A stretch of 63,831 nucleotides of DNA, filler included, from Octopus bimaculoides (lineage: Eukaryota): assembly GCF_001194135.2 (NCBI RefSeq). It is 4 parts of 4 records of this genome, joined end to end, with 100 filler letters (N's around TTAATTAATTAA, not from the genome) between each part and the next. Parts side by side here need not be neighbours in the genome. Positions count along the whole stretch, not along the records: positions 1 to 27,020 come from NC_068995.1; 3 more parts are not named here. One strand, written 5' to 3'. Position 1 is the stretch's first letter; each line of letters opens with the position of its first letter. Below the pieces are notes generated by a model. The model made no database searches and was not told the DNA's origin. It saw only the letters and a program-made list of their open reading frames with translations. The position numbers and the translations under genes were made by a program. Shown one piece after another: positions 1-10,870 of the stretch.

Positions 1-90
1 AATAATAATAATAATAATAATAATAATAACTACAACACCAACAACAACAACAACAACAACAGCAACAACAACAACAACAACAACAAAATA

Positions 91-220
91 CCTTAGAAAT
101 GAGAACCCAGGTTCGAAATTTCCCCAAAACTCTTGATGAAAGCTGGAGGGTATCTCAGCTGAAACCTTGTGTTGACAACAAATAAGATGAGGACAAATCT
201 CCGTCAAATGTAAATAATGT
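91..220 (+). mobile_element. Older copy of the hammerhead-bearing repeat body
   Basis: Same body after (AAT)n(AAC)n. Core reads TTGATGA-A-AGCTG/loop/CAGCT-GAA-ACCT-T-GTGTT (128-173). Confidence 0.75.
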
Positions 221-239
221 CCCTGATTTTTCTTAAAAT

Positions 240-640
240 TTTTTGCTGATTTAACTTCCTACGTAGCCTCCTAAGTCTGCGGGCCAACTTCCCATAGAGC
301 ATAACCTCTACAAGCATTACCCACTGATATGTCTTCGTGCTGTATGATGTGTTTATTCTGTTTCCTTTATCACCAATTCTCTGTATTATATTCTAATATT
401 TGCCTCGGTATCGAGAGTGGGTTCCAAGGGTATCTTTACTTACCGTGTCATTTAACAGCTCCCTAAACTCTAAACCGGCCAGTTTGTGGGGCAAATATAG
501 GTTGTCCTACTTCTTCCTCCTTACCATCCATACCAGTTTTATCATCATCAACATTAACGAGTGCAACAGCAAAGGCTGCAAAATTACCTATTCACGAACT
601 TATCCGTTATATAAGTTGCTCTCTAATCCGATACAGGCAG
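240..640 (-). mobile_element. Possible non-LTR RT C-terminal fragment
   Basis: NLYLPHKLAGLEFREL resembles the LYLPxxxGGLG motif. Otherwise degenerate. Confidence 0.3.
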
Positions 641-1604
641 GACGTGATCTGAAATATAACGACTGAAGAAAGAGTGAAATGTAATATGCTAACTTACCAC
701 ATTTTCAATTATTCTACGTACCTATATGTGTTAGTTATCATTTGTATGCTTTAGTTCGAATGTTCTTGCTTTGTCATTTTACTACTTACTAAACTTCATG
801 ATGTCTGTGAACAATGCCAGGAAATTGTATTCGGTGGATTGTCTTTTACTGTCTTACAGCAAATATATTCTGTTTTGCGAATTATATTGTTATTACAACT
901 TTATTCATTGACATTCCATTGCAACAGCGACTAACTTAAATTGTTGAATCTGCAGATACGTCTCTTAACTCGATGCTTCTGTAGATTGAATCAACATCGT
1001 CATTGTAGCTTATAATGAACTTTGTTAAGGATTCATTGTTTTCCAATTAGAGTTTACTGAAGAGATAGAATTATTTCGAAACAGTGGTATATGAATGTCT
1101 CATTATGTCAATAAATCAGTAAAATCACTAAATTTTCTAGAAGGCATTCTACAAACGAAAAAGTAATTATGACATTTACATTCAAATCTGATAGAAGTAT
1201 TAAGGATGAACATGCTAATCATCGTTTTTATTAATGATGCTTTTCGTAGTTAAAAAAATGTGTTATCTATTTGGTACATAATCATACATATCAGAAATTT
1301 GTTGTTTTTTTTCCTCAGTTCTATGGACAAGGGCCACTATTATAGCTTATAGGCTTTAAACCAGGATTAGCAAACCCTGAAGAGTCATTACCAAGTCGAA
1401 ACACAGGAAGCACAAAGTCCTCGTGTGTGAAAGAATCTTGTGTCTTCCCAACAAGCATCATCTAGAAGGTGAGCGCTTACTCCGAAAGAGAAAAATAACA
1501 GTGACTATCACATTCATATTCAAATTTGCCGATTAAAATTTTAGATATTCATCGTCGTTTTGCTTATGACTTTTCTACGTGGATATGATAATCATTTTCA
1601 TACA

Positions 1605-1692
<88 letters not shown>

Positions 1693-1882
1693 AGTAGATT
1701 TGGTACTTGTAGTAACCTACTAAGGAATAAAATATCCGTATGTACTATCACTATCCGTTACCTGTGTTATTCCTGGGCAATGATGTGCAACGACACCACA
1801 ACCATCGGGCGCAGGTGACAATAAGATAAGCAAAAGTTTATCAGTAACCAATGCAAATAATGAGAAAATGGAGAAAGACATA

Positions 1883-2287
1883 GATTAACCAGTACATCGA
1901 TAGGACCATATTTAAAGCTTGTTTATTGATACAAAGCAAGACATAACAAAGCTAACAGTTGTTTCTGATCAAAATTCCTAGGATGCAGTCTATACATAAA
2001 TGCGAGAATAAGATTCTTCATCTTCATAGGGCATTCGAAGTAAGGTAAGCGATCTTCATCAGAGTGAAAAACAAGAGCATACAATATACACAAAATGGAG
2101 AATGAAGATGTAAGAAAATATGGTGTAAACAAATAGTCTAAAAGTCTAATAGACTATTTTTTGAACCATGTTTTGTTGCCTCTTCCTACTCCCTTTTTGT
2201 TTATATTGTATGCCCTTGGTTTTCACTCTGATGAAGATCGCTTTATATATAAGCTTTATATATGGTCCTATCTATGTACTGGTTAAT

Positions 2288-2288
<1 letters not shown>
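1883..2288. repeat. Foldback with ~125-bp arms, left arm carrying an extra ~120 bp
   Basis: 1883-1925 and 2046-2128 pair with 2164-2288. Central hairpin aaatagtcta/tagactattt. Confidence 0.85.
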
Positions 2289-2344
<56 letters not shown>

Positions 2345-2615
2345 GGGTATGAGAGGTAGTGGTGTCAAGAAGACCGAAAAGGTATCAGGTAATGCTAAGT
2401 AAGTGCTTGGATAGACCATGGTTAAGCACCAGGTTCGATAATGATACGAAATAGGAGTCCAGCCTGGGCCATGTAATAGCATGTATATATATGAATTAAT
2501 ATAATGAAATATATATTATGTATATATATATGTGTGTGAGTGTGTATAATGTTTATGTATATATATGTATGCATATGATTATTGTCTGTCTCATCCTGTG
2601 TATACACAAACACAA

Positions 2616-2654
<39 letters not shown>

Positions 2655-3355
2655 TATATATATACATACACACAGACGCCACTACACACACGCGCGCACA
2701 CACACATACACACATACATATATGCACAGACATACATATTTAAGGAAGTGTACAATATGAGTGACTTTGAGAGAATTTCTCATCATATCGGAAAAGATAC
2801 CTGTTAAAGCACAAATGTACAAACGCATACACATATCCACACAGACATATGTTTATGCGTATGCAACTCTTTGTCCATTTGTATTCTTGTCTTTGTGTAT
2901 GTCAATGTACATGCTTGTGCAATTGTGCATTGCTGCAAAAACACTCTATACTTCGACATATTTATGTCTCAACATATTTTGTTATTGTTTTAAATTATTT
3001 CAGTGCAAAATACTTTTTCTTGTTTTGTTTGTGGTTGTTGCATGAAATAATGAAATAGCATAATGCTGAAGAAAATTTCCCAAATGAAGCTTAATTCTTT
3101 TTGCCTTTTGTAAATTACAGAGTTATAATGTCTCTCCTCATTGTAAAATCATTCTCTCTATTTTCTTTCTCTTTAACTCTATAACAGTCTGTATATATTT
3201 GTATCTATCTATGTATAAGTACGCACGCACAAATATATAAATATGTATATGTGCACATGTGTTTTATAGTTACGCAAGTTTCAGGATGAAATGTGTCTCG
3301 TCCTTCTGCTGATACTAAGTTAAAGTACCCTTCAAAGCTGTAGTGCTAGTTTACT

Positions 3356-3469
3356 TTAACTGCAGACATTTGGAGAGCTACTTCCGGCGTGTCTCTGGCG
3401 AGGTCTGATAACTTGCAGTGCAGCTGAAATCCACTTGTCGAGGAGCCAAGATTGGTAGCGATCGATCAG
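3356..3469 (-). CDS. Candidate terminal coding exon of an unidentified gene
   Basis: Strong acceptor (ttttttttttgttttttcag) followed by a GC-elevated, stop-free phase-0 frame LIDRYQSWLLDKWISAALQVIRPRQRHAGSSSPNVCS*. No family recognised and no partner exons found. Confidence 0.3.
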   Translation of the reverse strand: MIDRYQSWLLDKWISAALQVIRPRQRHAGSSSPNVCS

Positions 3470-3775
3470 CTGAAAAAACAAAAAAAAAAGGATATACCTA
3501 ATGAAAGCTAAGTGAATGCTATTGGGTAAAAACGAAAGAAATATGAACACGCACGCGTGCATACACATACACGGAAAGAAATAACTAATGCTAGAAAGAC
3601 ATGATAGATATACATACATGTTTCACTATTAGTACTACAAAACACATAAAATAATTACATAAAACAAAAATATCTGGCTTGAAACAAACTGTTTTCTTTC
3701 TTTTTATTTTCACTTTCTAAAAAGATGTAGACGCTATAAGAATGATGAAGAGCAGGAGACGGATGATTTTGACGA

Positions 3776-3815
<40 letters not shown>

Positions 3816-3925
3816 GCTACTGCTGCTGCTGATGCTGATGCTGCCTCCTACAATTACTAAGTACAACAGCAGCAACAACGAAATCAACATCAACAGCTAC
3901 AGCAACAGCAACAACAATGATGATC

Positions 3926-3971
<46 letters not shown>

Positions 3972-4022
3972 TAATAACAGTAATAATAAGAACAGTAATA
4001 ATAATAATTATTATTATTATTA

Positions 4023-4258
4023 ATTACATTATTTACATTTGACGGATATTTCTCCTCATCTTGTTTGTTGTTAACACAGCGTTTCGGTTGATATACCCTC
4101 CAGCCTTCGTCAGGTGTCTTGGGGAAATTTCGAACCTGGGTTCTCATTCCTAACGATGTTACTATTATTATTATATTATTATTATTACTATTATTAATCA
4201 GGTCGCTGCCGTGAATCGAATTCGGAACCTTGGGGTTAGTAGCCCACGCTCTTAACCA
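4023..4258 (-). mobile_element. Hammerhead-bearing SINE-like repeat with tRNA-derived head
   Basis: Minus strand reads tggttaagagcgtgggctactaaccccaaggttccgaattcgattcacggcagcgacctg (tRNA D/anticodon/T-arm-like, degenerate B box; 4199-4258), then (AAT)n, then the body with a hammerhead motif at 4073-4118 (ACGT->ACGC, CAGCC->CAACC). Confidence 0.75.
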
Positions 4259-4436
4259 ATAATAGTAATAATAATAATATAATAATAATAGTAACATCGT
4301 TAGGAATGAGAACCCAGGTTCGAAATTTCCCCAAGACACCTGACGAAGGCTGGAGGGTATATCAGCCGAAACGCTGTGTTAACAACAAACAAGATGAGGA
4401 GAAATATCCGTCAAATGTAAATAATGTAATTAATAA
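4259..4436 (+). mobile_element. Inverted headless copy of the hammerhead-bearing repeat
   Basis: Near-identical reverse complement of 4023-4198. Hammerhead motif at 4335-4380 carries the same ACGC variant. Confidence 0.8.
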
Positions 4437-5883
4437 TAATTATTATTATATATATATACGATCTGAGAGAGAATCGTCAGCACACGAGGCAAAAATGTTA
4501 AGTGGCATTTCGTCCGTTTTAAAATTCTGAGTCCAAATTCTGACGATGTCGACTTTGCCATTTCCTCCTTTTGGGGTCGATAAAATAATTACCAGTTGGA
4601 AATTGAGAACCATGTAAGCGACTTACCCTCTCCACCTAACCTGGTGGTCATGTGCCAAAATCTGAAATCAATATGTATAAGATACTCTCAGATAGCTAAT
4701 TATATCCACTAGCTAGGTTAAATATTTCTCACAGTGAGATCCAGAATATTTTGTAAGCGCATGTTTCCACGCATTTATTGACTCAAACTTTTTGTCTAGC
4801 CTCTGTCTTCATTTTGATTCTCCTTTTTGAGTGGGACGCTCATTTTTAGTTTCGTTTTAAAACGATATTTCTCGTCTCGTTCTTCAAAAATAATTTCCCT
4901 AGCTTTATTATTAGTCGCACCTATTGGATATAAATTTATTCCATTTCTTTTTGCCTAATTGGTTGGATAGAAATTGTGTGATTATGTTTTGGACAAGTTA
5001 AATCAGAAGGGATTGCAACACGCACAGGATACTTTTATGGGCTTCGAAATATTCATCATTGTTCAACCTCATCAGACGTTTGACATGCTTTTAAATATAT
5101 AGAATATCAATCGTGTTATTACTATTAAAACAGCAATGTTTTAGCAAAAATTGTGTTCCACCGGACTTGAAATTTTGTTACGTTTAAAATCAACATATAC
5201 ATTGTATACGAAATATGTACGATGAATTTTATCCATGTGTTTTAAAAATTACCATCATATTCAAACTTCCTTCACAAATTTTATTTCGCTTTTATATTGA
5301 AAAACCATATACAATTCTATAGTTCACATTCTTGAAGAAGGAATCGAATTATTAAGTGAAAATAACCTAATTTCTCTACTACATAATTTTCCTTATGCAG
5401 ATATTGGTATTCTTTGATATTTTTGCTTGTTTTATTACGAATATCATTCCAACTGTGACCATTTCGGCACCCCACAAAGATACATTTATTGTTATAATAA
5501 ATGCGTATATATGTACATGTATATACATAAATTCATGTGTATATATTATAGTGATATAACATATGTACATACACAAATACCTGCGTACATACACGCACAC
5601 ACAGGGCTAAACACATTTGCACACACATATTTTGCAAGGTAACAATTTTCACTTAATCTACATAGTACTTGCCTAATCATTTGGATAAAAAGTTTATCTT
5701 CATTTGAGTTATATGAATTGTCACCTCAACAGAAACTCATGCTTATTTCATCTACTAGTTAACTTTATACATAAATATACATAGATACATGAACATACAA
5801 ACACACACATATATAGACGTATATATATGTGTGTATCTGTATGTATGTATACATTCACACACACACGCATATGTGTAAGCAGA

Positions 5884-5934
<51 letters not shown>

Positions 5935-6010
5935 ATATATATAGAGAGAGGAGAAGATAAATAGACAGAGAGAGAAACCGGGATAGGCAGACAGACAGAT
6001 GGATAGATAG

Positions 6011-6139
6011 AAGTAATATTCGTACCGACTTCACCACAGGTGTCCGTTCGAACGGACTCTAATGCGATCTGGGGTTAAAAAATCGCAGTAGAGTCTGTTC
6101 GAACGGACACCCATGTTAATGTGGCTACGCATATTACTT
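6011..6139. repeat. 129-bp palindrome (58-bp arms, 13-nt loop)
   Basis: Arms 6011-6068 and 6082-6139 pair at 48/58 positions, and 28/30 in the inner part. Confidence 0.9.
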
Positions 6140-6899
6140 GACAGTACAACCACTGCATTGATCTCTTAGAGTGATTTTAGAACAAGATAGAAACAAACAC
6201 TCATCAAATGAATGTACTATTGTATTTACGTTCCTAACTAAAATCTACAAATGTTTCTATTGTGGCGGGGAATTTAATGAAAAGGTAGAGCAATGTACAA
6301 AATGCTTTGTGAGATTTAGTTGCGTTCCTGCACATTACTAATGTTCGTCACGTATTTAAATCCTCCATTTCTCTCGGTACGATTGTATGATAGCTTAGGT
6401 GTGTGCTAGAAAAACATGTCATCATCATAAGAATTGAGGGTATATATTTTACACTAAAGAAAACCCTGGTAAATTCGAATTTTTCTTGTATTCATGCGTG
6501 TTTCTGTCCGCGTGTGTGTATGTGTGTGTGTGTGTGTGTGTGTATGTGTGTGTGTGTGTGTGCGTATACACATACAAATACATACAGTCACTCCAAATTA
6601 AGTTGCAAATCAAAAAATATATAGGTTAGTTTGGATCTTTATTCTAAATTATACATTTCTTTTAACAATGTTGAGATTTGACTGGAGCCAACTTATTTAC
6701 ATAAACGTTACAGCAGATGCTTTCAGGCTATAACAAACATACTTCCTAACATCAAACGCATTTAATTCTGTCAGTAATTAATCTTCCTTTTTTTTTCTTT
6801 TCTTTTGTATTCAGTCGGAAATATTCAAGCTTCATTTCTATGGTAGTGTAGTATACACTTTTTCTAGATCGTATGATATAATGCCTGTGTTCTGTCAAC

Positions 6900-7960
6900 T
6901 ATTTTCCTGAGATTGATTAACCTGTTCTCGTCAAGTATTATCAAGCCTGGTGTGCGCTTGAGGATGGGTGTCAGCAGTAGATATATAGAAACTTACTGAT
7001 TCTCTATGTTCACTGTTTGGGCCGACGATAATTGTTCTAAATTTAACATGATTGCTTGCAGTTTTTATACATGTTATTAATTGTTCACTCCTGTTGTATA
7101 TAATTTCTACTTGTAAAATTTGAGTGAATGTGTACATATTGCACCTTAAGACTTTTCGGTATAGATAAGTGAAGATGTTACTTCATTCTTTTTTGATAAC
7201 TAGAAATTATGTTTTCATAATGGGTGGTATTTTGTATCAGGAATAATATGATATTCATAACATTAATGACAAGACGTTCATTATCTGCTTCTCTATTTAC
7301 CTTCTTTAATTACGATGTTATTGTTATTCTATGTATAATTTCCCATTCTTTGAAAGTAATGTTTGGTTTGAACTACTGTGGTAATTCATGAAATAGGATT
7401 TTATATATACATCACAAAATTTGTCTAATTCGTCTTTCCTATTTTTTCTTATCGTTCTCTAATTGCTGTTATATTGTGCAGTTGATTTCTTTAATTTTCT
7501 TTATCATAGAATTCTCCCCTTAGATATCATTTTCTGCAGAACTGTGAGATATTTTGTCATATTTCATAGGCATTATGTTATTACTTTATCGGAGGGAAAT
7601 TTAAGCTTTGAGGAGTTTCGGATTTGTTGTATCGAAATTGATTTTGATCTGAAATACAGTTTATCTTCGGTTTCATCCATTAGGTTTGTATCACCAGATG
7701 TCATGAATGTTTTGTCGATTTGTTCAGAACTGACCTTTAAAATTTTCTCTTTTTATTGGTGTTTGCGTAGCCGCTGTCAAAATTTGTTGCAGTTGTGTTC
7801 GATCTTATGAGTTGATTGTGACTGGTTCTGTTTGGGATGTTTTTTTTGGGGGGCGATTTATTTCTCTTATTTTGTGTAATTTGTGTGATACATTTATTAT
7901 ATCTGAAAGACTAAAAACTTTGGATTCTTCTCCTGAGACTTCTTCCTAAAATAAATATCT
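6900..7960 (-). mobile_element. Possible very old LINE fragment (ORF1/APE-like)
   Basis: Weak APE-like resemblance only (IPKSL, EQLITCIK..IIVGPNSEHRESVSFY). Confidence 0.25.
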
Positions 7961-8621
7961 TGCAATAATTATATGTATCCAAAAAAAACATACCTAACTT
8001 TGTCTTCATAATTATTGAACATACTCGCACGCTTCTACCATCTCTGAAATGTTCATTTCTCGTGTTCTCATTACATATTCGCCAATTTGAAGCTGTGCAA
8101 ATAGATACTTGCGTAAGTTACAAAGCACTTTCCTTCACCACACAATCTCACCCATGCAGTTATTGCACCATGTACCATGCAGATATTGACTTTTAAATAT
8201 AAAAATTAAACCGCGCTTCATTTTATTACACGACATCTTAAATAATGGTATTTTTTCCAATTAATCCAGCAAGGTGTTGAAGTATGTATTAATATACAGC
8301 GTAGAATGTTGCTTCACATTTAGATAGATTATTTATTAATTTACTAATAAACAAACTCTAAGTAGACACATGAGAGCTGATAGTTACCCAAATATATAAC
8401 AATTACACCCCTTATTTTATAAAGTATTGTAATTTCTTCCCGCATATGACATGACAACTACGATTGATTAAAGAATATACTGAAAAATAAAACGCCTGAC
8501 AAACTGCAGCTTCGTTTGAAGTGAACAGTTGTATCAGCTAACTGAGAATCTAAACCAATGTATTCTCAGTTACAATAAAATTTGTGGCGTCCCTTTTCCC
8601 TAAAATGATATGCATAGAGTT

Positions 8622-8938
8622 AAGTTCCCCTTCGGGCACGAATGACCGTGCGATTGCACCTAGAAAGTTCGCCTTCCAGGCACAAGCCCAGGAGAGGTTG
8701 TTTGTGGAAGACCAGCAGTTGTCCGTGCATACCAGTCTCTCCTCTCCATGCTACCTATGTTGTCCAAGGGAAATGTAAAGGCCAATATAGCTTGGCAGCA
8801 GTGAGGTCACAACTCACTTCTACAGCTGTGTGAACTGGAACAGCGTGAAATGAAGTTTCCTGCTCAAGAATATAGCATACAGCCTCAATCACAAACTCAC
8901 GGTCATAAGCCTGACGCTCTTACCACTGAGATGTGCAA
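8622..8938 (-). mobile_element. tRNA-derived SINE (family D)
   Basis: Minus strand ctcagtggtaagagcgtcaggcttatgaccgtgag head followed by CORE-like ttgagcaggaaactt..ccagttcacacagctgta. Single copy in the window. Confidence 0.55.
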
Positions 8939-10039
8939 ACCATATATATGTATGTCTATGTCTATGTATGCAAAATGCAGGCGTGTGAACGCACGCACTC
9001 GTGCAACTACGTGCATAAGCAATTATAGAGTAGAATCATAGAGAAGCATAAAGCTTGAGAGGAGTAGTGAAGAGAATTAAAATCATATGTGTAGATCCGT
9101 GTTATATAAAGCAGTCTCTAATTTTGTCTTTAAAATTATGTCATAAAAATTACTTAGAGTGGAAGACATTTATAAAAGTAGCTTCGTCAAAATATCCGAA
9201 AAGAGGAATTATCATTTTTTTCATAATGCACCGCATGATTCGACTGCATCTGAGAAACTCTGATGTTAGAGTTAAAAACCAGATTTTTTATTATTCACAG
9301 CACAGGGGTACATTATATTTTAACGTTGTACCGGTAACAGATATATTCCCATAAGCTATTCTCGATCTTGTGATGCGATTGCTCGATTCGCATGGATGTA
9401 TATAAATATAGACTCACCGATTTAATGTGTAATAACCATAAAGTAATAAATGATATTGTCACAGAAATGACAGGTAGTGACGGTTTCAAATTCAAAAGGA
9501 ACAGTGTGTGTAGTCTACTTTCTATGGTGTATCTATGCGTATATATATATATATATATATATATATAAGTAAATATATATATATGTATANNNNNNNNNNN
9601 NNNNNNNNNNNNNNNNNNNNNNNNNNNNNNNNNNNNNNNNNNNNNNNNNNNNNNNNNNNNNNNNNNNNNNNNNNNNNNNNNNNNNNNNNNNNNNNNNNNN
9701 NNNNNNNNNNNNNNNNNNNNNNNNNNNNNNNNNNNNNNNNNNNNNNNNNNNNNNNNNNNNNNNNNNNNNNNNNNNNNNNNNNNNNNNNNNNNNNNNNNNN
9801 NNNNNNNNNNNNNNNNNNNNNNNNNNNNNNNNNNNNNNNNNNNNNNNNNNNNNNNNNNNNNNNNNATATACACACATATGTGTATATATACATATATTTG
9901 CATATATATATTTATACATATATGCACACAGATATATTAGAGAAAGCAGAATGAATAAAATGAAAGGAATATTTGCCAGAAACATTAGAGGAATCCCTTT
10001 AATATGTGTTATTAATACGCTTTTTCTATGTTTTCACTC

Positions 10040-10870
10040 TACTGGACCTCAAATAACTATAAAGTAGATGTCCTGACAGACGGAAACTTGCTTCGGAAGT
10101 TCCTGATTTGCTTGGACAAAGGAACTTACGAATTATGTGGAGTATTGTACGACTAGTACAATTTGATCCACTTGTTAATTCATTCCTAGCCGACCCCCTG
10201 CCAGTTAAACGGATATTGCAATATAAAATCTAGGCAAGTAACAAATCAGTCAAGCGTTGCTGAAACAAACGTTTGCTCAGCCAAGCGAATCAATTGCTAA
10301 CATCATTTATTCTTTTTTCTCTCTCATTCAATCACATTTATTTATTTGTTTGTATTCCCGCTTCTCATTAGAAATTAAAGAAAGCTTTGTAATTGTTTTG
10401 TTTATAATTATTATATTATTTTATCTGATTTTCTTTTGGACAAGCACAGACGTATATTTCATTAATACGAAGAAATGAAGTGTCAATAATATACAAGTAA
10501 TTTCGTAGGATTTCAGCACAGAGGTTCATTAGTAAAAGATCTTTATCAAGTTTAGGAATGAACAACTGTCTGGATGGTTGTCACTGACGTTTATATTGGC
10601 ACAACTACGGATTAACATCACTTCATCGAATCGGTTTGTCTAAAATCTCTCAGGCTATGTTTTTACAGCAAAAATAGACATATTCTTCGAAGGATCTAAA
10701 AATGAACACTACTATTTTCGTAGCATAAATCGGCCAATCAACTTCAGCATTATAAAGTACCATTTGACCTCAGGTGTCTCATGTAATTAGAGGATAAATT
10801 TCAGCGAGTCTTATAATGATTTGATAATTGAAAACGTTACTAGCATCAGAACTGCGCTCAACAACATAAA
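10040..10870 (+). mobile_element. Possible decayed Penelope-like GIY-YIG region
   Basis: LYQV..DVYIGTT resembles the GIY..YIG motif. The frame is broken. Confidence 0.25.

Noticed and set aside
4199-4258. Functional tRNA gene
   Set aside because: The acceptor stem and 5' A box are missing and the T and anticodon stems have mismatches. It is a SINE-type head.
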